Made by a program: the position numbers and the translations under genes
Shown: piece by piece, positions 23,801-38,039 of the stretch
Position numbering within the stretch: the stretch's first letter is position 1
Layout: each line of letters opens with the position of its first letter
NCBI GenBank assembly: GCA_029953675.1
Contig: JAMWBK010000002.1
Location: 1,922,001 to 1,986,000 of the forward strand
Length of the DNA: 64,000 nucleotides
DNA from: Rhodosorus marinus CCMP1338
Taxonomy: Eukaryota; Plantae; Rhodophyta
Reading direction: 5' to 3'
The notes under the pieces: model-generated
What the model saw: only the letters and a program-made list of their open reading frames with translations
Told to the model about the DNA's origin: nothing
Databases searched by the model: none

Positions 23801-26800
23801 AGGTCTGATGATCCTGAAGTAGATTTTTTCGAGAATGCGGCACACATTCAGAGATATCGTCGAGCGCGCTCTATTAGACGGGCAATGGAATTCGTGAACG
23901 ACGGATCCATTCCTGGACAAATTGGCATCAAGTACTTGCATCCGCTCGCGTTGAGGATGACATTTGAAGACGATGCTACAAGACGTGAGCTCCCAGGTCA
24001 GCGTGACAACGACAACGAGATCGCAAACGCCTGCGCCTCACTCGCCGGCGCGGTCGCCAAGAAGCTTTCCTGGACATCGTACCGTGCTGCTGTAACAAAA
24101 GTCATTCGAATGGTTTGTTGACTCAATCGCTCTTTCTAGCGGAGGTTTCCATATTCTGCCTTTGACGTGGATTCGAAGACCTGCTAAGACTTATCTTCAT
24201 CTGCTCGTTTTTCTCTACAGATGAAATCAGCTGCGGATGACCCAAAGAAAGCGGCGACGATCTCCCAAGTCTTGGTGTCAATGCTCGACGGGTACCACTT
24301 CGAAGCCTATACACCGGTTCACGATGAGCCAAGCGAAGGAAATGACGATGACAACCTCGAAAACAGCCAGCCAGGAGAGAAGCCATTAGCTTCAAAGGCG
24401 ACTCCCGTTGGCACGTACCTCACTGACAACCTTATCCCTTCGCTCCTAAGTGAGATCATCGTTGAGGAACGTGGAGGTACAAAATTTGAGTTGAAATTTA
24501 TCCGAAAGGTCCTTCAGATGGTGACCCGAGAGCTTCTCTTTCTTAACTTGACCATATCCAGGCGGCGTGGAGTTTCTGAACGCTCCGATGGCGTCCGCAA
24601 TTGCTCATTTGATGGCTAAATTGAAGGCGTCGGAGATGGAGCCTATCCTGCCCACGCTGATATCCCCGCTCTCCAGTGCTTTTCGGTCCCGTTTGAACAA
24701 TGTCCGTGATAGCGCGAGGAACGCTCTCGGGAAGTCAGCGCTCGCTCTTGGAACTCGATACTTGAGCTACATTCTTGGTACGGCATTCTTCAGAACCCTT
24801 AAACCTGGACGCATACTGCGGACAAAAATGCTAATTAGATCCTCTGGCTTGGTTTTCTTTGCAGGCGAGATGAAGACAACGCTGGATGAGGGCTTTCGCA
24901 GACACGTGCTGACTTACTCCGTTCATTACATTCTAAACAATGTTCACCAAGAACTGTCTAGCAGCTCCTGGATGGACTCAGATGTGGTCAAGCTGGCGGG
25001 GGGTATATTCCTTGACGAATTACTGGGTCAGATTGCAGAGCAGCGGGACGCGAAGACTTCATCTACTGCGTTCAAGGAGGCGAAAACCTCAAAGGGCTAC
25101 GATGCCTTTGAGATAATCACGTGCTCAATGGATTTTGATGTTGGCGCGCCTATCGTGTTCACTGCGTGCAAGGATAGGCTGGAAAAGTAAGGATCCAATA
25201 AGGCGCGCAAAAAGCAGACACCCAATACGAGGACGGTGCTCTAAAACGTTGGATCCGTGGATGCTCAGGGCTACGTCTAGCAGAGTTGTACATATTCTAG
25301 AGGAGATTCTACACCGATGTGTAGTCGGGATGGCCAGCAATCCAGAGATGAAGATCGAGAGCGCTTTCCGTTTTATCTACAAGGTGCTTGAAGAGTTTGT
25401 ACCTCGCTGCGAAGTTGATCCGGGAAAGAAGCTGGGCAAAGGGAAAGGACAGACAACCGATCGCGATGAGAAGGAGATTCTGGGACAGAAAGTCGAGGCC
25501 ACGGCAATGGTCCGAAACGCACATGTTTTGGTGGAGTTCGCGTTGAAACTTCTTTCTCAACTTCATGTGAAGGGTCGATTTACGGAATCTGAGGAGGTCT
25601 GATGAAAGCTTCATCCTGCGATTACGCTTTTCATATTCTTACTTTGCCCTATCATCCTGCCCCTTGTCCATGCCGAGATAGAACCTATCCATGTTGGAAC
25701 CGATTATCAAGATGCTGCCTGGGAGCCTTGAGACGAAATACGATTCTTTGACTCACACGGCGCTTCGCACGGCGCAGCGCTTTATGAGAATGGACTTGGA
25801 GTCGAGGGAAGAGGTAGCTGAGACCGTGCTCACAACGGCGGTTCGGGTTGTTGCTCGGCATGGCCTTCGACACAGCACGTAAGCGTATCACCCGGAGGAT
25901 CATTTCGATAAAAACTTCTTCGCATAAGGAGCAGCATTGTGTTGAATATTCAAACATTCATAGCCTTGTGCTCGCTAATACCTGGCTTGTGCTCAAGGAG
26001 ACTAGAGAACGAGCTTTGGGGAGTCGTCGTTAACCTCGTCTCCACTTTCATGTCTTCGTTTTGTTTTTAGTGCGGGAGAAGATCTCTATCAATCCAGTTT
26101 GAGGGCCTGCACGGCGGTACTTTCGGAGCTGAAAAAGGAAGAAGAATCAAGAGATTATGCAGAACGCAAAATCAAGGCTTTGCTGGGGATCGCGATCTCT
26201 TCTTTTGAAACAGATTCAATGGAATGCAAGGTAGGCGCGTTTCAGGACCAAATTTTCATTTGCCTCTGAAGTTGCACATGTGTTGACCATCGCCTGGGAC
26301 TGCCCTTCCTTTTGTTTTACCCAGACTGCGTCCATCGCGTTCATTAGAGCGGTGATCAATCGCCGCGTGCAACTTCCTGAGGTATATGACGCCGCGGATC
26401 TCATTGCTTCCAACGCGATCAAGGCACATTCCTCGGTGATCAGAACACAAGGAATCGCGCTGTCCATGTCGTTCCTCCTCAACTATCCACTCTCAAACAG
26501 ACGATTGAAGCAGCACGTGAACTTCTTCATAACTAATCTATCCTATGAGCATCCGGAAGGACGACAGAGCGCAATAAACGCTGTTAAAGGTAGGGTCCAA
26601 AATCAGGATCACTGTGATATGGAGCAAAGCTCTTCCCATGCATCATTCCTCTGACTGTGTGATCTGAAAATCCATAGGAGTCATTGAAAAGTTTCCGCAG
26701 AGCTACATTGAAAAAGAGCTCCAGTTCCTGATGGTGCCCATTTCAGCGCATCTCTGTGACGACGATAAGCAGTGTCGCGGATCGGCCAGGGCTGCGCTTG

Positions 26801-28262
26801 TTGCTCTACTTGGGAGGCTAGATGCCCATTCCAAGGAGGCGAGCCTAGTTGGCACTATGATCCGCAAGTGGATAAACTCGCCTTCGGCTGAGCTACGAAG
26901 AACGGGTACAGGCGCACTCGCCGCCGCTGCTGAAGTTGATGCGCTTCCAGTCAATATTCTTGGCGAGCTCATAACGCTCGTGTGTCAATCCTTGGATCAT
27001 GTGAGAGACGAAGATTGGGAAGAAGCCTACAGTGCGCTCTACGCGATTGAAAAGGTCGTTACTAGCGGAGTAGGACGCCCGCTGGCGTGTAGCGAGGAGG
27101 CAGTTCTTGTCTGGAAACTCGTCTGCGGCAATGTTGAGGAGGATGGATGGCTTCTACATCCCCATGGATGGATTCGGCTCATCTCGTCGAGACTGCTGGG
27201 CCATCACCTTGCACGGGTTGGGACGCCGGAGGAGGCCATTGCTCGGCCAGCAAATACAGTGTTTTCAGCCCCAAACGATGGAATCGTGAGGGAAGTTCTT
27301 CGAACTCTCTGCAGTCAGCTGGAGGTCGCCCAACTTTCACTGAAATTGGCGGAACAGGCTGTGAAAAACATCTTGTATCTAAGCAGCGTCGTGCGGTTGT
27401 CACCCGAGCTCGGTGCAAAGAAGGCGGAAGCGAGCGTACCAAAGTCAACTCCTGCGGAGAACTCTGAAGAGCACTCGCCTGAAGCAGAGGATACTGAGCC
27501 TGGACTAAATCGGGGCTGGAGGTAAACCAGCTCACAAGATCGCATGCGGAGCTGCACTGATCAAATCGTAGTTGAAAATTGAGGAGCAGCTGAATGTTTG
27601 TTCTATTTTTGCTACTGGCAACAGGTGGCTTATCAGACGGCTTTGCGGCCTGAGTTCGAGAGCTGGAGATGCTTCATCCCTCAGGCGTGCCTCTGGAATG
27701 AAGCTGATAACTTCCATAGTCAAGTCATGTGAAAGGAGCGACCTTGCGGGGTTGGAGATTCCACTGGTCTCAATAGTGTTCCAAGTCACGGAGGCGCACC
27801 CTGTCCCAGGTTTGCTTAATCACCCGCGTTTATGTACTCCGCTTTCGCAAGGGATATCCTGGACGACAGCACTGACCGTCCTGCTGCTCGTATGTTCCTT
27901 GTGCACACGTTAAATCAGAAACTGGGTTTCCTGGAGATGATGCTGATGCTGTAGCGGCAATGCCGCAGATTACAGAAGATCTGAAAGGAGCGCTTATTGA
28001 AAAGTTGGGTGCCTCGGAATTCTTCGAGCTTTCCAGTTCAGTTCGAGATAGGCACAGCCTCCGAAAGGTGGAGAGGAAGAGGAAGCAGAAGATGCTGGCC
28101 GTTAGTAACCCGGAAATCAAGGCGAAGCGACGGATGAAGCGAAACGTGCAGAAGAAGCAGAAACGAAAGGAGGAAACCCAAAAGCGAATTCTTCGAAAGG
28201 GAAAGGCAAGGGTTTCTCGGGGATCGTTTTCGCTCAATCACGACAATCAATCCGAGATCTGA
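17900..28262 (+). CDS. UTP20: U3 snoRNP/SSU processome component UTP20 (large HEAT protein), many introns
   Basis: Spliced N-terminus MANISVKSFDEKAGRYK|FLTLKERLDRVNV...THFKETLDRWRELDLS matches the UTP20 start (YRFLTFAERL...LKWRELNL). Internal RHVLTYSVHYIL and FKEAKTSKGYD. Basic C-terminus RKRKQKMLAVSNPEIKAKRRMK. Stop at 28262. Confidence 0.92.
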
Positions 28263-28820
28263 GGGAGGGAAGAGCCCAGATTTCTGTTGGGTCTCCATGC
28301 CAACTATTTCTGGTGCTCCTGTCCAATCGATGAAAACAAGTGATACAACTAGAAAAGATCTTACCCCGGAACCTAGCCATTTCATTCTATTTAAAAACAA
28401 GAATCAGAACAAAGCATCCTGTTTCAAACTCCTTTGAGATCCTTGTCTGGTTTACAACATATACATTCACCCAGGTTGGCTTAGGCTCGCTTGTCTGGGT
28501 GCCTGCGACTAGGTTCCAAAAAACTACGTGCATCGCGTACAAGCGACAGAAACTTTCCCTTCCGCGAAATTTGCTTTTGTTATTCATCAGGGAGTCGTCG
28601 AAAGGCTGGTTTTCCTGATTCAAAAGCTTCGCTCTGAGGACTATCGTGACATCGCGCAGTCTCGACTGTATGTTCCCCAAGGTGGTTGCTCTCAGGCGAA
28701 CGGGCTTCCAAAGGTTTGTCAAAAGATTTCTCCGCCAACCCACTACCGCGCCTACTATCTCAGATCCTTCAGAAGTGAGGAGTTCAGAAATTCAGCATTT
28801 ACACTGAATTTCTGCACTCC

Positions 28821-29003
28821 TCACTTCTGTCCATCGACCGGACACTTGCAAGACCTCTTAAACTCTCGCAGCTCTCCCTCACATTTACTCAAGTCCCTTC
28901 CATTCCTCTCCAAGCAGGCCTCAAGCGCTTGATGTTCACATGACGATCCTCTCTCTTGGCCTTTTGGTAACCCATTAACAGCCTTACTTCCCTCCATCAC
29001 CAT
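28821..29003 (-). CDS. Small cysteine alpha-hairpin (CHCH-like) protein, 60 aa
   Basis: MVMEGSKAVNG...SSCEHQALEACLERNGRDLSKCEGELREFKRSCKC..., with a helix-turn-helix Cys pattern. The upstream plus strand is C/A-rich, as at other minus-gene 5' ends. Confidence 0.65.
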   Translation of the reverse strand: MVMEGSKAVNGLPKGQERGSSCEHQALEACLERNGRDLSKCEGELREFKRSCKCPVDGQK

Positions 29004-29711
29004 TCCTATCACGCCAGCGCTCCCTTTCTCACCAAACAGAACGGCAAAACCTTCTTAAAGCACTGCAGCAAAACAACACCAAGGTTCCAAAAGTCTTCCC
29101 ACTGAGTTGCTTCACGAATTTTCCAACTTGGAGAAGATAATGTGAGTCTGTCGCGAAACGCCCTCGTAATTCACTAAGCAAACTATCTCATCCAGACACA
29201 CTAACAAACCCCGTCAGGTACCTCTCACCCTCCGTCACACAACTCCACATAGAAAAACTTCCATACAGCAAAATCGGAACAAAACAAACCAAATCACCTC
29301 TCTATACCTTCTAGACCAAAACCATGTTACATCGTACTTATCAATCCTTTCAGATCCTCTTCAAAACCTTCAATCAATCGTCACCAAACATTCCCTTTCC
29401 GAACTCGCATCCATTCTCTCTCCATCCTCTCCAACCCCATCCGAGTTCCACTCAATCCATAATATATGCACTATTATAATTTTATATAGCATACGACTGT
29501 GTAAAATATCTAAATATAATTTATTCTTTAATAAAAACATGCGAAACGTACATTTTTAGTTTTGTAATAAAATAAATAAGAAATAAATTTTAGTTCTGAA
29601 TGTACTTTATGGAATATATAAAGTGCAATCATTATGGTCCTTAACGGTAAGAAGGGTTTCGAGCTTTGAAGGAGATGATGGAAAGAGAGATGGATAGAGA
29701 GGAGAGAGAGG

Positions 29712-29716
<5 letters not shown>

Positions 29717-29791
<75 letters not shown>
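29717..29791. repeat. (AG)n microsatellite, ~75 bp
   Basis: Uninterrupted AG dinucleotide run upstream of RAPTOR. Confidence 0.97.
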
Positions 29792-29795
<4 letters not shown>

Positions 29796-29936
29796 AAGAT
29801 GTATTTAAAGGTTTCATTAAGATATAGATGAAATAGTAAGAAGTAGTTTTCTCTTTTGGTAATTCGTTTGTTGTTTTTTTGTGAGGTTTTGGATGTGTGG
29901 GGTGGATTTGGGAGGAGAAAGAGAGTTGTGAGAGTG

Positions 29937-32900
29937 ATGAAATCGGATCTGAATTCTTCGATTTTGTATGGGACTCAACAGCATGAAGTATTGTCTATTA
30001 AGGTATTGAGTTTGATTCTTTGTGTTTGCTCTTTTCTGGTGTTTTGCAGTATTTGTGTTGGGCTGACGGTAGTTTTTTCTGGTTTCGTTTTTTTGAATGG
30101 ATTTTCAGGATCGGAATCACACGAAGGCGAATGGCGAAGGATATACTGATGACGTAGATGAATGCGATTTATCGGATCCAAATTCATTGAGGTCATGGCG
30201 AGTACGAGATCGGATGAAGACGGTCAGCGTAGCGTTGGTATTATGTCTGAACATTGGTGTAGATCCGGTGAGACCCTGTGAAATCTACGGACATTAATCG
30301 TTGGAACCAGAAGGCTGAATACATGCGTTGCGTCCTCTGTTTTTCTGAAACCCAGCCCGGCGTTGTAAAGCCAAACCCTTGCGCCAGAATGGAATGTTGG
30401 ATTGATCCATTGTCAATGCCAGCGCAAAGGGCGCTTGACACTATCGGCAAATATCTTCAGCAGCAGTATGAGAGATGGCAGCCTAGGGCTCGATACAAGG
30501 TATTCTTCTTTTTCATCACATTGTCCCTGTCCATACCCACATCATCCCCGCACTTGATCGACTTCTACGGCGGACACGGTTTCCCGTCTTGTTCTGCACT
30601 CCCAGCAGACCAGCAATACTGTGAGTCCTCATGAACTATTCTGGACACTTTACTTTTCGCAGATTTCAGCGGATCCAACTGTTGAAGAGGTTAGAAAACT
30701 GTGCACTGCGTTGAGAAGGAACGCAAAGGATGAGAGGGTGCTATTACACTACAATGGACACGGTGTCCCACTTCCGACGACAAATGGAGAGGTAGGAGCG
30801 AATCTCCACTTTTTTTCGTTCGATGCGCTCCTCATGCTTGCGTTGTTGCTCTTAGGCGCATTCTGAAAGCAAAAAATCATTTGCTCGAAAGGTCTGGGTG
30901 TTTAACAGGAGCTACACGCAGTACATTCCTCTCTCAATCTACGACCTTCAAATGTGGATGGGGACTCCATCGATTTTCGTGTTCGACTGCAGCGCGGCTG
31001 AACTGATCGTCTCCTCGTTCAAGACGTTTGCAAAGCATCGTGAAAAGGAACAAGAACAAACGGGCGCGGCTCAAGGGTCCAGCCCAACCCAGCCGGGAGA
31101 TGAGAACAATCCAAGCACAAACCCTTCATACAAAGAGTGTATCCTTCTGGCCGCATGTGCCTCCAACGAAATCTTACCAACGAACCCAGACGTCCCGGCG
31201 GATCTGTTCACCGCGTGCCTAACTACACCGATCAAGATGGCGCTGAGATGGTTTGCGCCAAGATCCTTGCTGGGAATTGGTATTGACCAACTAGATAAGA
31301 TCCCCGGCCGTCTCAATGATAGAAAAACACCTCTCGGAGAACTCAACTGGTACTGTTCCCCCTCGGAGCCTTCTCCGCTTCGGAGAGAATATGCTGGGCT
31401 GTATCCGCTTTTTTTTGTAACGACCAGCAAAGCCTCTGACAAAACTCGCCTTCACCGTTCTAGGATTTTCACTGCAATCACAGACACGATTGCGTGGAAT
31501 GTTCTTCCGCGAGACCTGTTCAAGAAGCTCTTCCGACAAGACCTCCTCGTGGCGTCACTATTTCGCAACTTTTTGCTGGCGGAGAGGATTATGTGGACTG
31601 TGAACTGCACTCCCGTCAGCGAGCCCGAACTCCCTAGCACCCACAGCCATCCACTATGGCAATCGTGGGACTACACTGTGGAGCAATGCCTTGCGCAGCT
31701 CCCGTCCATGCTAGCTGCTGAAGATGCTTCCCAAGAGTAAGCCAACACGCTAACATCGAGCTGGACAAAATTCCTCGAAGTTGACGGTTGTTTCCGCGTT
31801 CAACTTGTTCACTAGGCAAAGTTCGCCTGGGTTCGGAACCCGAGGAGATCCAAGAGGTCCGCGAGAGGAGGGCCAAATGTACAGCATGGATTCCGACCCA
31901 CAACCACTTCCTGAGGCCTTTCAGTACACACCCAATACTTTCTTCGAGGATCAGATGACTGCATTTGAGGTGTGGCTCGCCATGGGACCTGAAGGAGATC
32001 AGCCGCCGGAGAAGCTTCCTATAGTACTACAGGTGCGTACCTCACCGTGGGAATGGATACAGCGGTAGTTTCTTTTGCAAGGCAAGGAGGAACAGGCGTT
32101 TAACAGCTAAATTCTGTCTTGAAATAACTCTCGATCGAACCAGGTTTTGCTTAGCCAAGCGCACCGACTGCGAGCTCTACGGTTGCTCTCGAGGTTTCTT
32201 CAGATTGGTGCATGGGCGATCAATCACGCGCTGTCGGTCGGGATATTTCCGTACGTGCTCAAGCTCCTACAGAGTCAGATCCCGGAACTACGAAGAGAGC
32301 TCGTTTTCATATGGGGCAAGCTGCTTGCCCTCGACACCTCGTGCGTCTTGGACCTCGTCAAAGAGAACGGCCAAGTTCACTTTGTAGATTTCCTCATGAA
32401 CGCCTCAGCGCCACCCGTTTGCCTCGCGATGTCGGCTTTCGTGCTTTCTGTGATCACGGCAAAGTTCCCAGATCAGCTTCAGGACGTGAGTTTTGCGCCC
32501 TCCCCGCTACGACTTCATCCTTCTAGATCTGATGATCTTGCACCGTTCTCTGGATGAGATCATTAGGAAGAAGTCATAAGCGCCTGTGTTGGTGTTCTCA
32601 ACCATGAGCATCCTCTGGTGAGAAGATGGGCGTGTCTATGCTTTGCGAAAAGAATCAAATCTTCGAATGTGAGCTCCCAGCATATTGTCTTGAACCCTGG
32701 GATAAGGCAGCAACTGTTCAACCTAGCTCGATCGGATGAAGCTTGCGATGTGAGGACCTCGGCGCTCGGTGTTTTGATGCTTTTGGTCTCGAATTTATTG
32801 GCGAGCGGGAACCAGATGGAACAAGTCAAATCTGACGAGGATTTGGCGCCAAGAGCGAAGCAGATGACTATGGAGGTACGCGGTTGAGCGATTCCTGTCG

Positions 32901-35265
32901 TCAAATGTACTACCTGGCAGAAGATGGGCATCGAATTCACCGACCTATAATCCACTCATGTTTCCAAACTCGCCAAAGCAAATGAGCGTTCTCGAGGAAG
33001 TGCTTGCCTTGCTTGCCGGAATCGTTGAGAACGATGCGTCCCCCCTTGTGAGGAGAGAAATCGCGCTCGGGTTAGAGGAGGTTGTAACCGAACGAAAGGC
33101 GGACTTTGCTGCCTTGGCTGAGAGCGGCAGCAGCGAGAGCATTTTACCGGACGCTGCTCAATCGATCATCTCAATACTCTTGATACTGGAGAGCGATCCA
33201 CATCCAATAGTATCAAGCATCACGAGAAGGGCCAACACGGCGGTTAACTTTTTAGGTAGGCTTGGGGCGCGTGCCCCATCCGCATCCAGCATCGACCGGG
33301 CATCCAATGGGTTCAGCTCCCTCTCATAGTGGAAGTTTCCCGCCGGGCTGCCTTTAGGTGATAAGAACAATGCACAGCGGGAGGGGCAAAAGGACAACAC
33401 CAGCGCGGAGCCGCGAAAAGGTAAGTTGTTCCACAAGAACATATTTGAGCTCATACGTTGAGAAGTTATCACAACTGAACTTCCTCGCAAAAATCGGCTC
33501 TTCAGACAACGTTTTCGTTTCAATCTCACACATGCTCGAGGCTGTGCTGAACGGAAAGGGAGACAAGCATGGAGACCAGAGCCACGACTTGGAATCCGTC
33601 TACAACACGGTGCCATTCGTTTCTTCTGGCTCGCTCGAGCTCGTCAACCGCGCCCTGGAGGACACGCCTTCTACTTATGCTATATTTTGCCGATCGGTTC
33701 TGAACCTTCGATATGAGGGTAATGCTAGATATCCAGCCTCATGTCTCTAGAGTGGATGCCTCGGCAAAGTTTTCCTCCGAAGAAGCTGATAACTAGTCTA
33801 TGGAACAGGTCCAGGGAGCTTGGAGCCGTACATAGCTGAGGAGAAGGTAGGGGTAAAATTCACGTCGGCTCGGAAACAGCTCTTTGAGTCGGACATGAAG
33901 AGCCGTTGGACAACGGAGACGGAGGATAAGCTTCCAGCAAACCTACGGGAGGTAAGCAACCCGCGATGGCCCCGTTGGAAAGAGGACTTGCGTTTTGTGG
34001 CTTGATCTGACTACTGATCTGCACCAATTGGCGCAGGTTTTTAATCTTCGACTGGGCGTCGGTGAACTGTGGTCTTCGGCGTTTCTCCCGATGGATCCCA
34101 TGCTCGTTGCCGGTGACGCATTGGGCGTGGTGTCCATTTGGAACACTGATACCGAGGCTTTGGAGACTAAGTTTGGCATACCGAGGGCGGATCCTCAAGG
34201 AATTTGTGGTATCACTTCTCTGTGCGTTTTAGAAGGAAACATTGAGTCGCCGATCATTGCTGCTGGTGCCGGCGACGGGGTAGCTAGCATTTGGACAAGA
34301 AGAGGTAATTTAAGGCCGAAAAGGAATGAGCTTGCTGGTCTATTCGCGAGTGGGGCTGCGCCGGCTTGAGACTGCCCTCGGGATGCTTACAATCCCCTCC
34401 CAAAACTTTTGCAACAGGTTCCCGGGAAGAAGAACGGATCGTTTCTATCTGGAATGCCTCGGGTTCGATGGAATGGAGTCTGACATCCTTGAACTCTGGC
34501 CAGCAACGTACTGCTCATGGACTGAAGATGAGTTGGAACCCACATAGGCTACAACTGGTCGCGGCCGGATGTGAGGGGGGCATTCTTCGCCTGTGGAACG
34601 TCGCGTCTGAAATCTGCGGAGGGTCAATTCGGGCGTTTACTGGTGAAAGCGTTACGGCGTTGGATACCCGTATAAGCACTTGTGCAGTTGGGGGTACGTC
34701 CGGCACGGTGAGCTTGGTAGACTTGGGAATTCAAGAGCATGGTTCATCATTGGTCTTTGGCTCAAGTGAAACGTCGAATGCACATGGGTCTGCCGTAGTT
34801 GCCGTGCAACAGCAGCAGATAAACGATCATCTGGTAAACGCTACTGGCCATCGCACCTCTCAGCGTTGTATGAACTCGCATGGCTTTTGACTGAATTCGT
34901 TTCTTGTTCGTTGCGTGGTGTAGAGCACTGTCCTTTCTGCCGAAAGACAAGGAACGGTGAAACTTTGGGACGTCCGAAATCCAACCCAGGCGCTAATGGA
35001 ATCGCAACCGCTAATGGGAGAGCTCACGGACATGGTCGCCCACGACACTCTGCCAAACGTCATTGTCGTAAGCGGGAGTAGTGAGGTCAAGCTAATCGAC
35101 AGTCAAGGGAGGACCACTCGTGAACTGCAATACCACGAGGGCTTCCTAAGTCAAAGACTAAGTCCCATAACCTCCCTCTCCCTGCACTCGAGGAAGCCTG
35201 TGCTTGCTGTCGGATGTGCAGACTCTGTGGTCTCCTTGTATGAGTGCACGGACTTTGAAAACTGA
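29937..35265 (+). CDS. RAPTOR: Regulatory-associated protein of TOR (RNC domain, HEAT/armadillo, WD40)
   Basis: [82 protein letters not shown] and [17 protein letters not shown]-terminal WD40 exons end ...LYECTDFEN* at 35265. Confidence 0.96.
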
Positions 35266-35455
35266 CCAATTAACCAGAAGCGACCCTGCGGGTAGCACGG
35301 CTACTTGCACACCATGTACTAGTGCAAGCCGACGTACTCGAACAAAGGGCTTACCTCCCTTCATCGAGACTGGTCCAGCAGTTTGGGCCTCTGTAGTCAA
35401 CAGGGGCAAAGCAATTGCCTGCCTCTTACTCTATTTAAAAATCCGCTTATCAGCG

Positions 35456-37733
35456 TTATTGTATATCCGTGTGATTGAAAATTGGTGTGGACCGGAGCGG
35501 CATCGAACAGTACGGGCACCTCAGCTTGTCTGGCAACCAGTCAAATTCTTGACCTATTTGGTATATGGCCTCCGCGTCAGAGCGACACCCTATGCAGCTT
35601 CTCCCTACAGTTGTACGGAGAGGCAGAAGTGTGAGAACGCACCATCTGACCACAAGGGTGCTGCAGCTGCTGCAGACTCCGGTGTCGTTTTCTATGGGGC
35701 TCTTGCAGCACGAGCTCGTAAATGGTTTTGCTAGCCGCTGGTCCGTCCTCTGCATGGCCTGTTTGCCCAACTCCGCATTTGTTCCCGAAACGATTGACGA
35801 CATCCGCATAATGGACATCTGTTCCTTTTCACTCAGCTCACTCTCTCCGCCATCGCAAAGCTTCTTGAGCGCGGATTCGCAGTAGGCCAATCGCAAAGAC
35901 TTTCTCAGAGCATCCCGGAACTCTGAGACTTTGCTTCCGGCTAGTTGTGCATACCAGTTCGCTATATAGAAACCCGCTTGTTGTCTCCTTCCACCGCCAG
36001 TGCCTCGTCTCACTTCATCGGACAAGACCTGTCACCGCATAGTTCGCAGAGGTAATTCTCAATTAGTAACGAATTTGTCAGTCTACCAAAACAATACAAT
36101 CCTCCCCGCCATGGCCACTTTCACTCATCTAAAGGTGCTCTGACGATTCAGCTGCTTCCAGTCGCCGTTTCTCTTTTTCCGCACCTTGGATGGCGATGAG
36201 AGAGGAGTGAAAGCTATTATTTTGCGAGAAGATACCTGTGCAAGTGCATTTTCGTCCGAAAACGAGACGGCGTGGAGAACCTGCGCCAGGTCCCACATTG
36301 CGATTGGAAGGTTTTCGTCGATTGAATCGGCAAACTTAAGGCTTCGTGAAACGAGAGCGGCTTCATCCCTCTGATCATGGCTACAGCAGTCAGCATACCC
36401 CCGGAGAAAAAGGACGAAAAGTGAAGAAAAAGCAGAAGCAGAACCCAGGTGAGAGAATCTTGATTTCGGCCTCAAAATTTGACATTTGCGTACCTGGGAC
36501 GACCTACCAGCACTGCAGATCTAGGAGTCACAGTCTGGAATTTAGCTTTGCCTGCGTCGTTTCCATCGGTCTTACCGGCTGCGGCACCTCCTTGTGTGCT
36601 TTCCAGGACCGCCAGCAAAAGTCCATTGGGGGACCAGCTCAATGCAAATATTGGACGTTCCAGGTTAACCTCCCTCAGCACATGAATTTTAGTGATCTGT
36701 GGTAGCGACCAGAAGGAAAAAACTCGTCTGTTTAGTTCTCGCCAGCAACACAGCTTGCCGAGCATTTGATCCTTCCACAAACCTGCTTCTGAGTGCTCCA
36801 CAAGTAGATCGATCCATCGCAGCTCGATGTGGCGCATGTTTCATCAGAAACGGAGAATCCCATGTCGGTGACGAGCCACCTGTGCGCCTGTATAACTGAA
36901 ACGTTGCCAATGAGCTCGTAACCCTCCGCTTTTCTCACCATGCTCATTACACCAAATCCACTTCCAGCAATAAATCCTATCCTCAGCGTGTCCCGTCTGT
37001 CGATTGGCTGGTAGACCCTTATGGTCGCAATATTCCCAAAGGTGTCTGCCTCAGCACAGAAGAGCTGGTTCTTCTTATCACTGGTCCCATCACCCAGCTT
37101 CAGAACCTGCACGGTGCCATTAGCCCGGGCGATCGCGAGCTCTGCAAAGTTCTTGTCTGAGGGGCGCCGATGACGAGGTAGGAAACATACAGCTGTGATT
37201 CTGTCCAGTGCGATCGAATTGTCGAAGACCGGGGCATGAGTCCGAGAAGGACTCCACAAGCACCAGCTCAGAACTGACTCGGATGCAACTGCAATACACG
37301 TGGTGTTCTCATTGATCGCACGCGCCGCGATTGATTCAAGCTGCTCTTCGCCTAGACTGATCTCGTGGCGTGTCCAATTAAATCTCCACGTCGGAAAGTA
37401 CGCCTCCGCGCTATTCTCTTCCTGTACAAACACCGCCGCTCTGAGATCGTCAAGTGCGACTATCATCCGCCACGTTCTCAACCCGGGCACCCATTTTAAT
37501 TCTCCAAACCCACGTGGAGATTTTGTATCTGAATGTGATACCAGAGAATGGTCTACTACACCTGTAGGACCTCTACAAACATTCGTGTAGCGTACAGGAA
37601 GGCAAGACACGGTTCCACAACTTCCGATCACTAACTCGTCCTCGAAACTCCAGTCCAATCCACCTCCCCTCCTGACTTCTCTGATTATACGTCGCCTCCC
37701 AATCCGCTCCATCGCGTCTTCTTCCCATCTCAT
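35456..37733 (-). CDS. TFIIIC subunit 4 (TFIIIC90/Tfc8)-like: N-terminal WD40-type propeller plus C-terminal Cys-rich zinc finger
   Basis: N-terminal GLDWSFEDELVIG and WD-like HRWLVTDMGFS and FALSWSPNG. C-terminal CC..CSSC..RWCVLTLLPL..RSCIGC..DWL..RCPYC resembles the zf-TFIIIC pattern (recognised from memory). Confidence 0.6.
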
Positions 37734-38039
37734 CCGGAGAGGTGATAGTCTCGTATGTCATCTATTCACAAGGCTCATTCCCTTAACTGCAAACGTCAGG
37801 CTCAGACCTTCTCTCAAACACGACTAGAGACTACTTCCAAAAGCCAGTTCCATTCAAACCGTACTCAACGAACGGTCTCAACTCATACCCCAGAAACCAG
37901 TTCCAGCAAGGCCAGATCCAGATCAAGATCATCTGCATTCCACTCCGGTTGTCTCTGACACCAGATCACTACCGCCTCATTCCATCTTCTTCAGCTGCTC
38001 TCATGTTAAGGTCTCGATTCGTCCTCATAACCTTCCTCC

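Noticed and set aside
28528-28932. 134-aa plus ORF faintly reminiscent of a gypsy RT C-terminus
   Set aside because: It has no YxDD or other diagnostic motif, starts at a non-ATG codon, and overlaps the CHCH-like gene antisense.
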